Positions 53,443 to 63,003 of a DNA stretch of 64,000 bases are shown here, piece by piece. The stretch lies in assembly GCA_942493035.1 (NCBI GenBank), contig OW818666.1, positions 3,028,702-3,092,701 on the forward strand, written 5' to 3'. Source of the DNA: an uncultured Spirochaetota bacterium (GTDB lineage: Bacteria > Spirochaetota > UBA4802 > UBA5550). The notes beneath the pieces are model-generated. The model saw only the letters and a list, made by a program, of their open reading frames with translations, was not told the origin of the DNA and made no database searches. A program made the position numbers and the translations under genes. How positions within the stretch are numbered: position 1 is the first letter of the stretch; each line of letters starts with the position of its first letter.

Positions 53443-54411
53443 TCAGTAATTAATACCCACTGCATCTTTAACTCTCTTCAGTGTAACTGCTGCAACATTT
53501 CGAGTTTTGTCTGCACCTTTCTTCAGTATATTATAAACCTCAGCCTGATCATCTTCAAATCTTTTACGGTTTTCGCGGTATGGCCTGAAGTACTCGGTTA
53601 AAATCTCAAGCAGATCCTTTTTAACCTGTCCATAACCTGTTCCCCCTTTAAGATACAGCTCCTTCATATCATTCAGCTGGCTCTCTGAAGCAAACAGTTT
53701 GTATAAAGCAAAGACATTACATGTGTCGGGATTTTTCGGATCTTCAACCGCTGCAGAATCTGTAACAATCTTCATAACTTTTTTCTTCAGAGACTTCTCG
53801 TCCTCGAAAATATCCAGCGTGTTGCCGTAACTCTTCGACATCTTCTGACCGTCAATCCCGGGAATGGTTGCAACATCATCCTCAATTTTACCTTCAGGAA
53901 TTACAAATATATCACCGTAGGTATTATTAAAACTCCCTGCAATATCCCTTGTTATCTCAATGTGCTGCTTCTGATCTTTACCGACCGGAACTATATTCGC
54001 ATCGTAAAGCAGAATATCCGCAGCCATAAGTATCGGATAAGTATACAATCCGACATTCGGCACAAGTCCCCGTGCAACTTTATCTTTAAAGCTGTGACTC
54101 CGCTCAAGAAGTCCCATAGATGTATGACATGACAGAATCCACGAAAGCTCCATCACTTCAGGGACATCTGACTGTACCCAGAAACAGCATTTTTCCGGAT
54201 CAAGACCAAGTGCCAGAAAATCGATCGCGGCATTTATAGTATTTTTTTTAAGTTCAGCTCCGTCATGAAGAGAGGTCATCGCGTGATAATTAACTATAAA
54301 ACAGAACAGTTCACTGCTGTTCTGAAGCTCAATCATCGGCTTCATCATCGCAAAATAATTACCGATATGAAGTGAACCGGAAGGTTGAATACCTGATAAA
54401 ACTCTCGCCAT
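53443..54411 (-). CDS. trpS: Tryptophan--tRNA ligase.
   Basis: 322 aa. VLSGIQPSGSLHIGNY (HIGH-class motif), KMSKS. Class I aaRS. Confidence 0.9.
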   Translation of the reverse strand: MARVLSGIQPSGSLHIGNYFAMMKPMIELQNSSELFCFIVNYHAMTSLHDGAELKKNTINAAIDFLALGLDPEKCCFWVQSDVPEVMELSWILSCHTSMGLLERSHSFKDKVARGLVPNVGLYTYPILMAADILLYDANIVPVGKDQKQHIEITRDIAGSFNNTYGDIFVIPEGKIEDDVATIPGIDGQKMSKSYGNTLDIFEDEKSLKKKVMKIVTDSAAVEDPKNPDTCNVFALYKLFASESQLNDMKELYLKGGTGYGQVKKDLLEILTEYFRPYRENRKRFEDDQAEVYNILKKGADKTRNVAAVTLKRVKDAVGINY

Positions 54412-54555
54412 AAAATCCTCTCTTTTTTACTCAATTATTTATAAAAAATAGGAGTAATTTTTGGTGTCAATAATAAAATTTTTCTTTACTATTCATTCTG
54501 ACTTTGCATATTTCACCTATAGCCGTTAATGATTTATTAATTCCGGAGGAATTCA

Positions 54556-54786
54556 ATGCAGAAGAATATGGGAAGCGCTGACAGTTTTATAAGAACAATG
54601 CTCGGTATATCATTTTTAGTAAACATCATAATCCTTGAGCCGGGTATAGTCGGAACAATTATACTCCTCGTTCTCGGAGCTCTTAACCTTGGAACAGCAT
54701 GGATAGGATTCTGCCCTGCGTACAAACCCTTTGGTATCTGCACATGCGATGACAAGTGCTGTACAAAAACAGAAAAAAGCGCATAA
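54556..54786 (+). CDS. Small inner-membrane protein, DUF2892/YgaP-like.
   Basis: 76 aa with two TM segments. The Gly- and Cys-containing second helix GALNLGTAWIGFCPAYKPFGICTC fits the DUF2892 pattern. Confidence 0.5.
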   Translation: MQKNMGSADSFIRTMLGISFLVNIIILEPGIVGTIILLVLGALNLGTAWIGFCPAYKPFGICTCDDKCCTKTEKSA

Positions 54787-54834
54787 TCTTTTGCCGGTTC
54801 AGAGCTTATCTTATAGCTCTGAACCTTACAAAAT

Positions 54835-55779
54835 CTAATGAGCGCAGCAATCTCCGCTGTGACTTCCGCAGAAATCACTTAGTTCCGCCTGAATTGCAGT
54901 ATGTTCAATATCAAACTTCTCATTCAGCATTGAATTTATCTTCATTATAATCTTGTCGGATAGACCTGCAGAATCACCAGCCAGACAAACATGGCATGAT
55001 AAAAAAACCTCTTTAGAATTGATCGACCAGATATGAAGACCATGAAGACTCTCCACGCCTTCAATTCCCAGTATAAAATTATAAACCTCAACAGAGTCAA
55101 TATGCCCCGGAACACCCTGGAGGAAAATCCTCAGAGATTCGCGCAATATCCCCAATGAGCTCCATATAATCATCACCGCAATAAAAAAACTGATAACAAT
55201 ATCTATCCAGTAATTCGATGTAAAATAAATTGCAACTGCAGCAGCAATAACAGCCACTGATGAGAGAGCGTCAAAAAAGAGATGAAGAAACGCTGCTCTT
55301 ATATTTAAACTTTTATCTCCGCCGCCATGGCCAAGAAAAAACATGGAGATAAGATTACCCGCAAGACCAACACACGCAACAGGCAGCATTATTGAAAAAT
55401 CCACCTCAACAGGATTTTTAAAACGCTCTATCGCCTCATAAAAAATATATAATCCGATCAGCACCAGTGTAAACGCATTAATAAAAGCTATTAGTACTTC
55501 AAAGCGCTTCAGCCCGAATGTATATGAATCTGTTCTTTTTTTCTCCGAAACTTTTTCACCGGTATACCCGAGTACAAGCGATAATACGTCCGACAGATTA
55601 TGCCCCGCATCTGATATAAGCGCAAGACTCCCGGAGACTATCCCTCCGATATATTCCGCAACAGTGATAATAACATTAAGAGCTATAACCACCGCAAATT
55701 TAAAACCATCCCCTGTATTATGCGAATGGTGTGAATGATGATCGTGATTGTGACCTTCTGCTTCATGATGACTGTGCAT
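54835..55779 (-). CDS. czcD: Cation diffusion facilitator (CzcD/ZitB-like) metal efflux transporter.
   Basis: 314 aa. His-rich N-terminus MHSHHEAEGHNHDHHSHHSH. CDF signature SLALISDAGHNLSDV. Six TM segments. Confidence 0.85.
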   Translation of the reverse strand: MHSHHEAEGHNHDHHSHHSHNTGDGFKFAVVIALNVIITVAEYIGGIVSGSLALISDAGHNLSDVLSLVLGYTGEKVSEKKRTDSYTFGLKRFEVLIAFINAFTLVLIGLYIFYEAIERFKNPVEVDFSIMLPVACVGLAGNLISMFFLGHGGGDKSLNIRAAFLHLFFDALSSVAVIAAAVAIYFTSNYWIDIVISFFIAVMIIWSSLGILRESLRIFLQGVPGHIDSVEVYNFILGIEGVESLHGLHIWSINSKEVFLSCHVCLAGDSAGLSDKIIMKINSMLNEKFDIEHTAIQAELSDFCGSHSGDCCAH

Positions 55780-55849
55780 TTATCTTCTCCCTTACTTGAA
55801 TAAACATTTTAAATTGTTATTATTTTTCCGCTTTCAGCAGGACCCGGCG

Positions 55850-56155
55850 TTATACCTCAAGTATATGCTCTATCCCCAGTTTTAAAATTAAATATATATG
55901 TTCATCATCAAACGAATAATATGAGTTTTTACCGTCTCTCCTGACTTTAGCAAGTCTCGCCTGCTTCAGAGTCCTGAGCTGGTGTGATACAGCTGACTGA
56001 TTCATGTTAACTCTATTCGAAAGTTCAGTAACACTGACCTCACCCTCTTTTAATGCTAAAAGAATTTTCAGTCTTGTGGGATCACCGAATATTTTATAGA
56101 ACTCCGCCAGATCTGTAAATTTTGATTCGTCAAACTCAGGATTTTTTGTTTTCAT
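55850..56155 (-). CDS. ArsR/SmtB-family metalloregulator.
   Basis: 101 aa. FGDPTRLKILLAL...VSVTELSNRVNMNQSAVSHQLRTLKQARLA winged HTH. Sits directly upstream of the CDF gene. Confidence 0.85.
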   Translation of the reverse strand: MKTKNPEFDESKFTDLAEFYKIFGDPTRLKILLALKEGEVSVTELSNRVNMNQSAVSHQLRTLKQARLAKVRRDGKNSYYSFDDEHIYLILKLGIEHILEV

Positions 56156-56269
56156 ATTTTACCCTTGATCACGTGAACATATGAGCCATTAATCATATGA
56201 TATATTATTAATCAACTTTTTTTTATTGACTCAACAGGTAAAAATGAAATTATTCCCCTGGAGTAATAA

Positions 56270-57448
56270 ATGACCTTAAAAAAAATAACAACCATATCCC
56301 GTCTGACCGCAATTATGATATTGTTTATAAGTATTACAGCCGGGCTCTCTGCCGCAAATCGGATTGCAGTAGTAAAAAGCCGGTTTGACAATATTGAACT
56401 GGTACTGGATACTTATCATATTAAATATAACCTCATCGAGTTTAAAGATCTGGGCAGAAGTGATATATATAACAATTACGATTCGATATTCTTCCCTTCC
56501 GGAATTCTTTCCGAATACGAAGACAATCTTGATGTTGAGTGGCAGGGAAAAGAATTTACATCGGTAAAATTATCAAAAGATTTCTTTGAACTGGACGAAA
56601 AAGCATTTAAAAGCAATTTTAGAAGCTTCACAAAAAATGGTGGCTCATCATATTTTTCAGGATATGCATTCAAACAGCTCGCGCTAGCCTATGATGATTT
56701 TAACTTTTTTGATGATTTCGCTTTCATGGGTATACCCGGCCGGATTGAAGCTGATATCAAGGGTGACCTTGCACGTTTCAGCCTTAAAAGAAAAACAGCT
56801 CTCTACATGGAATACCCCGGCTGGGTCGCTTTAAAAAGTGTTGATGGAGCAGAGGTACTTGCAGAAGCTGATTTCTCCACTCCCCGTGGTAATAAATCCG
56901 GACCTATTAGCGTACTGATACACGATACAGGTGAAATTCTATATACAAGCTATTACAGTACTGTTTACAGTGAATTTAAACGTTTTAATATTTATCGTAT
57001 CGCAGGGAGTCACTTACGCAAGGAAGCGGTCAACCGTGTAAAAGACCGATCGCAGGAACCTACCGGAGTAATTGTTGATTCTTTTCTGGGTGGAGAGTCA
57101 CATAGAACATATTATTTCAACCTTAAAGAGGGGAATAATACGATCCATTTTCTTTCAGAGAATGCCACATATATGTTCGAAATATACGACAGAAATATGT
57201 CATTAATTGTATCGAAAGATTTTCAGGAAACTGCTCAAAGCTACAACATAATTTCCCTGAAAGAAGATTACTGTTTTGTTAAAGTATATCCATCAGGAAA
57301 AGATAGATTTATAATGCATTCAGTTGTTTCAGCATACGGTGCTGTAATTCCTCCCGGAGTAACCTATGCTGTTAAAATTTTACTGGGCATTTTAGGATCT
57401 GTATTCATTTTAGCATTTCTTAAAGTAACAATTTCCAGATTAAAATAA
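56270..57448 (+). CDS. Hypothetical protein with N- and C-terminal TM anchors.
   Basis: 392 aa. N-terminal TM ITTISRLTAIMILFISITAGLSA. C-terminal TM ILLGILGSVFILAFL. No recognisable motif. Confidence 0.5.
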   Translation: MTLKKITTISRLTAIMILFISITAGLSAANRIAVVKSRFDNIELVLDTYHIKYNLIEFKDLGRSDIYNNYDSIFFPSGILSEYEDNLDVEWQGKEFTSVKLSKDFFELDEKAFKSNFRSFTKNGGSSYFSGYAFKQLALAYDDFNFFDDFAFMGIPGRIEADIKGDLARFSLKRKTALYMEYPGWVALKSVDGAEVLAEADFSTPRGNKSGPISVLIHDTGEILYTSYYSTVYSEFKRFNIYRIAGSHLRKEAVNRVKDRSQEPTGVIVDSFLGGESHRTYYFNLKEGNNTIHFLSENATYMFEIYDRNMSLIVSKDFQETAQSYNIISLKEDYCFVKVYPSGKDRFIMHSVVSAYGAVIPPGVTYAVKILLGILGSVFILAFLKVTISRLK

Positions 57449-57523
57449 CAATTATTCCATATTTTTTTATTTACATAATAGACAATAGTTTTCATCTAAT
57501 GAATGTTGTATTTGTTCATCGTT

Positions 57524-57547
57524 AAAAGCCCCTGCGGGGGGCTTTTG
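57524..57547 (+). terminator. Intrinsic terminator AAAAGCCCC-tgcg-GGGGGCTTTTG.
   Basis: Perfect 8-bp GC stem plus a T run, 75 bp after the stop at 57448. Confidence 0.65.
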
Positions 57548-57839
57548 AGGGGTTTCACTCCTTAAATCCCGTAAAAAAAGTATATCTGCATCGAGCAGAA
57601 ATTTAATCTGCACATGCATCATCAGTATTCTACTGAAGGTGCATCAAAGTTTCTAAAATTATATGCTGTTTTTAATAATTCGAAGATATTTAAAATATTA
57701 TATTTTAACGTAAAAAGATCGTAATTGGCCGTAAACCGTCGACATTCTATCGCCGCCGTGCCTTTGGCGCAGCGGGAGCAGTTTTACAAACGGTCTATGA
57801 ACACTTACAATAAATCCTGCATTAAAAGGAGTATTCCAG

Positions 57840-58601
57840 ATGGGGAGAATAATTTCTGTTTCCAATCAGAAAGGTGGTGTTGCAAAAACTACCACAACAG
57901 TAAATGTGGCTGCTTTCCTGGCCGACAAGGGGAAAAAAGTTCTAATTATAGATATAGATCCACAGGGTAATGCCGGTTATGGTATCGGTATAAATGCCGA
58001 GGAGATGCAGACAACTATATACGAAGTTATGATAGGAGAGATTCCTATTGAAGAAGCTATCTTCAAGTCTGACATTGAGGGACTATCGATAATCCCGGCT
58101 AACATACATCTATCCGGTGCACAGGTCGACCTGCTTGACACTGACGAGAAAGAATTTATACTCAAAAAAATTCTGGCTCCTGTAAAGAAGCATTACGACT
58201 ATATATTCATAGATTGTCCCCCTTCCCTGGGAGTACTGACTCTGAACGCCCTGGTCGCGGCTGATACAGTTTTAATTCCGCTTCAGTGCGAGTATTACGC
58301 TCTGGAGGGGATAAGTCAGCTTCTTCGAATTATTGTAATGGTTCAGGAACGGCTCAACAAGTCTCTTAAAATTGAAGGTGTTGTACTTACCATGTATGAT
58401 CCAAGAACAAATCTTGCACAGCAGGTTGTTAATGACGTAAGAGAGTATTTCAAGGAAAAAGTTTTCAAGACAGTAATCCCGCGTAATGTAAAACTATCCG
58501 AAGCTCCATCTTTCGGGAAACCAATTGGACATTATGACAAAACATGTCCCGGAAGTATAGCTTACGAAAAACTCGCTGAAGAGGTAATAAACAATGACTA
58601 A
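57840..58601 (+). CDS. parA: Chromosome-partitioning ATPase ParA/Soj.
   Basis: 253 aa. Deviant Walker A NQKGGVAKTTT. DIDPQGN. Start overlaps parB (58594). Confidence 0.9.
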   Translation: MGRIISVSNQKGGVAKTTTTVNVAAFLADKGKKVLIIDIDPQGNAGYGIGINAEEMQTTIYEVMIGEIPIEEAIFKSDIEGLSIIPANIHLSGAQVDLLDTDEKEFILKKILAPVKKHYDYIFIDCPPSLGVLTLNALVAADTVLIPLQCEYYALEGISQLLRIIVMVQERLNKSLKIEGVVLTMYDPRTNLAQQVVNDVREYFKEKVFKTVIPRNVKLSEAPSFGKPIGHYDKTCPGSIAYEKLAEEVINND

Positions 58602-59478
58602 AAAAGCATTAGGCAAAGGACTCGGAGCTATTATCTCCATGTCCCCCGCATCCGTAGAAGAGATTGAAAACAACGTTGTAAACAATAAAGACAGAATCAG
58701 GGATCTGGATATGTCCAAAATTATCCCTAATCCTGATCAGCCGAGAACATTCTTCGATGAAAATGAAATCACCGGCCTTGCCGAATCTATAAACGCAGTC
58801 GGCATAATCCAGCCTATTATTGTCAGAGAAAAAGACGGGCTCTTCATCATTATAGCAGGTGAAAGAAGATTCAGAGCATGCAAACTCAACGAGATGAAAA
58901 AAATCAAGGGTATTGTAATAGAGGCTGACGAAGAACAGAACTTCTCCATGGCTCTGATAGAAAATATCCAGAGAGAAAATCTTAATGCAATTGAAGAAGC
59001 TAAAGCCTATAAATTGATGATCAACAGATTTAAAATGAAGCAGCAGGATGTGGCAAAGAAAGTAGGTAAAGACAGAACTACTGTAACCAACACCCTCCGC
59101 CTTCTCAACCTTCCGGAAGAGGTGCAGGAGGGGATCATCGATAAAAGAATCAGCGCGGGACACGCAAAGGTTCTTCTCTCTCTTGAAGATCCTGAAAAGC
59201 AGCTTCGTCTATTCAATGATATAGTTGAAAAAGGTCTTTCAGTAAGATCACTTGAACAGATAATTTCACCCGAAAAAAATGAAAACGGCAGTAACGGGAA
59301 AGGCACAGAGCAGAAAGCAGTACAGGCAAAAAGCCCGCAGATAAAAAAGATGGAAGAGGACCTTATAACAAAGCTGGGAACAAAAGTAGAAATCAGACAT
59401 TCAGGAAGCAAAGGAAGAATTGAAATAAGCTACTATTCACTCGATGATTTTGAAAGAATTATGGAGAAGATAAAATAA
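58594..59478 (+). CDS. parB: Chromosome-partitioning protein ParB/Spo0J.
   Basis: 294 aa. IIQPIIVRE...IIAGERRFRA ParB box. HTH region QQDVAKKVGKDRTTVTN. Confidence 0.9.
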   Translation: MTKKALGKGLGAIISMSPASVEEIENNVVNNKDRIRDLDMSKIIPNPDQPRTFFDENEITGLAESINAVGIIQPIIVREKDGLFIIIAGERRFRACKLNEMKKIKGIVIEADEEQNFSMALIENIQRENLNAIEEAKAYKLMINRFKMKQQDVAKKVGKDRTTVTNTLRLLNLPEEVQEGIIDKRISAGHAKVLLSLEDPEKQLRLFNDIVEKGLSVRSLEQIISPEKNENGSNGKGTEQKAVQAKSPQIKKMEEDLITKLGTKVEIRHSGSKGRIEISYYSLDDFERIMEKIK

Positions 59479-59491
59479 TTATGACTTTCGC

Positions 59492-59604
59492 CCGCAGGCT
59501 CTTGTCTTCTGTAGGCTCGTAGCGCGCTACGAGCCTACAGAAGACAAGAGCCTGCGGTTTTAAAATCTTATAATTTCATAATCATGCAAATCTTAATTCA
59601 GACA
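59492..59604. repeat. 66-bp perfect palindrome (59492-59557) followed by a foldback-family right arm AAAATCTTATAATTTCATAATCATGCAAATCTTAATTCAGACA.
   Basis: CCGCAGGCTCTTGTCTTCTGTAGGCTCGTAGCGCGCTACGAGCCTACAGAAGACAAGAGCCTGCGG. The core CTGTAGGCTCGTAGCGCGCTACGAGCCTACAG is identical to the 8133-8172 palindrome. Lies between convergent parB and phosphoesterase genes. Confidence 0.7.
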
Positions 59605-59607
59605 AAT

Positions 59608-60102
59608 CTAAATCTCTTCCAGATCTATCTTCTCCACCCTGCCGGTTTCAATATCCAGAATTGCAATTGAAGATTCATCGTGACCGTAAACTGCACCGGG
59701 ATTAATAATCCTGCATTCATTTGAAACATAATTCTCGAAATGATGTGTATGCCCTTTTATAATATAATCATACTTTCCCGAAGCCACTGCATCTCGATAC
59801 ATCGGGACATCATGTCCATGAAAAACCATAAACTTCTTTCCCGACAATTCAAACTCGGATTTCAAATCCACAGACTTCATTCCGAGTTCATTGGCCTTCA
59901 CATCAATCTCTTCACTGTCAATCAGGTCACCATTCCCAAGAACCAGATAACATTCGAAGTCTTTCAGATAATGAAGCATTCTGGGAGATGTAATATCTCC
60001 AGCATGGATTACAGTTTTAATACCCCTGCTCTGAAAAATGGCAATAGCCTTTTTCGTAGCATCAATATCGTTATGTGTATCAGACATTATACCAATCTGC
60101 AT
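59608..60102 (-). CDS. Metallophosphoesterase, YfcE/MJ0936 family.
   Basis: 164 aa. GIMSDTHND, HAGDI, VLGNGD, GHTH calcineurin-like motifs. Confidence 0.8.
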   Translation of the reverse strand: MQIGIMSDTHNDIDATKKAIAIFQSRGIKTVIHAGDITSPRMLHYLKDFECYLVLGNGDLIDSEEIDVKANELGMKSVDLKSEFELSGKKFMVFHGHDVPMYRDAVASGKYDYIIKGHTHHFENYVSNECRIINPGAVYGHDESSIAILDIETGRVEKIDLEEI

Positions 60103-60108
60103 AATCTA

Positions 60109-62019
60109 TCAACCGAGCCTTGCGCCCACAGGGATACTCTCATCTGCAAAAATTACCTGAGGTTTATCCTTACTGCTTTTTTTAGCTGCAAGAAGCATAC
60201 CGCGCGATTCCTTGCCGAAAATTACTGCGGGCTTTAAATTTGAAACCAGGAGAATTTTTTTCCCCTTTATATCCTCAGGCGCATAGGCCTGTGCAATCCC
60301 TGCCACAATCTGCCGTGTATCAGAACCTGAATCAACTGTAAGATAAAGAAGTTTATCAGAACCTTCAACTTTTTCCGCGTCAACAACCAGAGCAACCCGG
60401 ATATCTACCTTTCCAAAATCACTTATATCTATTAATCCTTCACTTTCATTTTTCTTCTCTTTTACAGGTTCAACCTTAACTTCAGTTTTAACTTTTTCAA
60501 TCTTAGGGAATAGTATTCCTAAATCTTTAAGAATTTCCCCGGTTTTAAGATTATTCAAACCATTCAAAGAATCAATATCCGTTGCAGCATTCTCTCCATT
60601 AAGCGACGCGATAATTTCAGGAGAAACCGTAATGAGAACAGGCGACAGCAGAACTGCAACGCTGTAGATAGATTCAAGAAGATTGCGGATTACAGAGGAG
60701 AGCTTATCCATATTATTCTCTTTCGCAAGCTGCCACGGTTTTGTTTCATCAACATACTTATTGAGAGAGCGGATAAACTCCCACAGCTTTTCAAGCCCTA
60801 TACTTGTCTGAAACTTACAGCAATACTCAACATAGCTGTCAGATGCTTTTTTAAATCCTGCAAGGAGTTCATCTCTTCCCGCTTTATCTTCCCCGACGTC
60901 AGAAATTTTACCTTCAAAATATTTACCGGCCATATTAAATGTACGGTTAATAAGATTACCAAGATCGTTTGCCAAATCGTAATTGATTCTGTCGATAATC
61001 AGATCTTCGTTAAACCGTGCATCAAGCCCGAATGTCATTTCTTTTAAGAAAAAATATCTTATCTGATCATTTCCGTATTTACTGACAAGATCGTGAGGAG
61101 TAACAACATTTCCAAGACTCTTCGACATCTTGGCTTCATCCATGTTCCAGTAACCGTGAACATTCAGATTCATATATGGATCGATATCAGCGGCCTTGAG
61201 CATTGTCGGCCAGAAAATACCGTGAGGTTTTAAAATATCCTTAGCAATTATATGCTGAACTGCAGGCCAGTATTTTTTATATTTCGCATCATCAGGATAA
61301 CCTATGGCGCTGACATAATTTATCAAAGCATCGAACCATACGTATGTCACAAAATTTTCATCAAAGGGAAGAGGTATCCCCCAGGTAAGTCGCGAAACCG
61401 GACGGGATATACAGAGATCTTCCAGAGCGTCACCTTTCAGCATTGAAAGGACTTCATTTTTGTAACGTTCCGGTCTGATGAAATCCGGATTTTTATTTAT
61501 ATGATCCAGAAGCCAGTCCTGATATTTACTCATCTTGAAAAAATAGTTTTTCTCTTCTATAAATTGCGGTGCTTTGTTATGCTCCGGGCATTTACCGTCA
61601 ATGATCTCTTTATCAGTAAGAAACCTCTCGCAGCCAACACAGTAGTTACCCCCATAGCTTCCGAAGTAGATGTCACCTTTGTCGTAAACCTTCTGAAGTA
61701 TATCCTGTACAACTTTTTTGTGACGCGGCTCAGTTGTGCGGATAAAGTCTGAATATTTAATATTGATGTCATCCCATGCAGTCTTGAATTTACCGCTGAT
61801 CTTATCGGCATAATCCTGAGGGGTCATACTCCCTGCTTCGGCTGCAGTGGCAATCTTATCTCCATGCTCATCGGTTCCAGTTAGAAAATATGAATCATAT
61901 CCAAGTGTCAGATGAAGTCTGTGAACAAAATCTGCAAGAATTGTTGTATATGCATGTCCAATATGAGGCTCAGCGTTTACATAATAAATTGGTGTTGTAA
62001 CATAAAAAACTTTTTCCAT
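60109..62019 (-). CDS. metG: Methionine--tRNA ligase with a C-terminal tRNA-binding (EMAP/Trbp111-like) domain.
   Basis: Start placed at ATG 62019 (GAGGCGGG SD); the track ORF starts at a TTG at 62031. PIYYVNAEPHIGHAYT (HIGH motif). Zn knuckle CVGCERF...CPEH. KMSKSLGN. C-terminal VDIRVALVVDAEKVEGSDKL. Confidence 0.9.
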   Translation of the reverse strand: MEKVFYVTTPIYYVNAEPHIGHAYTTILADFVHRLHLTLGYDSYFLTGTDEHGDKIATAAEAGSMTPQDYADKISGKFKTAWDDINIKYSDFIRTTEPRHKKVVQDILQKVYDKGDIYFGSYGGNYCVGCERFLTDKEIIDGKCPEHNKAPQFIEEKNYFFKMSKYQDWLLDHINKNPDFIRPERYKNEVLSMLKGDALEDLCISRPVSRLTWGIPLPFDENFVTYVWFDALINYVSAIGYPDDAKYKKYWPAVQHIIAKDILKPHGIFWPTMLKAADIDPYMNLNVHGYWNMDEAKMSKSLGNVVTPHDLVSKYGNDQIRYFFLKEMTFGLDARFNEDLIIDRINYDLANDLGNLINRTFNMAGKYFEGKISDVGEDKAGRDELLAGFKKASDSYVEYCCKFQTSIGLEKLWEFIRSLNKYVDETKPWQLAKENNMDKLSSVIRNLLESIYSVAVLLSPVLITVSPEIIASLNGENAATDIDSLNGLNNLKTGEILKDLGILFPKIEKVKTEVKVEPVKEKKNESEGLIDISDFGKVDIRVALVVDAEKVEGSDKLLYLTVDSGSDTRQIVAGIAQAYAPEDIKGKKILLVSNLKPAVIFGKESRGMLLAAKKSSKDKPQVIFADESIPVGARLG

Positions 62020-62037
62020 TTCCCGCCTCAAATATAT

Positions 62038-62895
62038 CTATTTATCCAGATCTTCATCAATTTTAAAGAGTTCCTCAATAAGTTCCTCTTTGATTCTATG
62101 TTTCCCGTCTTTCAAGTCCATGTCTTTTGTTTTGATATTGAGGAACCTGTCCCCTTCTTTAATCATTACTGTTTCTTTAAGAGTATTAACAGAAACAACT
62201 CTGAAACTTTTATCCTTCGCTACAACAACGGAATCTATCTCCGGCATTGTTTCGTTAATCTCCCTGTAGGTGTTATACTCAAAACCGAGACAGCATAACA
62301 GCCTTCCGCACATCCCGGAAATTTTCATTGAGTTGAGATTGAGGTTCTGTTCTTTCGCCATTTTAATTGATACAGGCTCAAACTCCTCCCGCTGATACAG
62401 ACAGCACATCGGTTTTCCGCACGGGCCATATCCGCCGACAATTCGAGCTTCATCTCTGACACCAATCTGTCTCATCTCAATTCTTGTACGGAACACTGCA
62501 GCAAGTTCCCGTACAAGTTCCCTGAAATCAATTCTGTTCTCGGCAACAAAGTAAAATATAATCTTTGTCTTATCGAAAAGACACTTCACCGAAACCAGTT
62601 TCATATCAAGTTTTTTAGCCTTTGACTTTTCCCGACATACAGTAAAAGCTTTCTCTTCTATCGACTCAAGCTCGGGTATCTTGCTTAAATCTTCAGGAGT
62701 AGCCTTTCTCATAATTTTACCGGTCACAGCAATCGACGGATTATTCTGATAACCGCGGATCTTAACCACACGCCCCACATCTATGCCATGCTCAATCTCC
62801 ACAACACACTGCGAGTTCTGTCTTAGAAAAAAATCATTTGTATCTACAAAATATATCTGATAGCTATTTCTTAATTTTACAGCTGAAACTTCCAT
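62038..62895 (-). CDS. PSP1 C-terminal domain protein (YaaT/RicT-like).
   Basis: 285 aa. Conserved Cys clusters GPCGKPMCCLYQ and GMCGRLLCCL. Sits directly downstream of holB, as in the B. subtilis holB-yaaT arrangement. Confidence 0.7.
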   Translation of the reverse strand: MEVSAVKLRNSYQIYFVDTNDFFLRQNSQCVVEIEHGIDVGRVVKIRGYQNNPSIAVTGKIMRKATPEDLSKIPELESIEEKAFTVCREKSKAKKLDMKLVSVKCLFDKTKIIFYFVAENRIDFRELVRELAAVFRTRIEMRQIGVRDEARIVGGYGPCGKPMCCLYQREEFEPVSIKMAKEQNLNLNSMKISGMCGRLLCCLGFEYNTYREINETMPEIDSVVVAKDKSFRVVSVNTLKETVMIKEGDRFLNIKTKDMDLKDGKHRIKEELIEELFKIDEDLDK

Positions 62896-63003
62896 ATAAT
62901 CCTCAACTTTTTTATATCGTAAAGCAGCCTTCGGCTGCCATTAAACGCCGGCGCCCCCTGCATCACTCTCTCCCGTGCCGCACAGCTGCATGGGAAAAAT
63001 TTG

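Noticed and set aside
54537-54878. 113-aa minus-strand ORF overlapping the DUF2892-like gene.
   Set aside because: The plus-strand ORF has a recognisable two-TM DUF2892 pattern. The minus-strand product has no motif and overlaps both the plus gene and the czcD 3' end.
57450-57840. parS site or oriC-type DnaA-box cluster next to parAB.
   Set aside because: No match to TGTTTCACGTGAAACA or to TTATCCACA-type boxes was seen by eye in the intergenic regions flanking parAB. The only near-match (ATCACGTGAACA at ~56170) is too divergent to call.
6783-59604. Possibility that the recurring palindromes constitute a CRISPR array.
   Set aside because: The repeats are not regularly spaced, they differ in length (28-66 bp), they are themselves perfect palindromes, and they are scattered over more than 50 kb in intergenic gaps. 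No cas genes are present.
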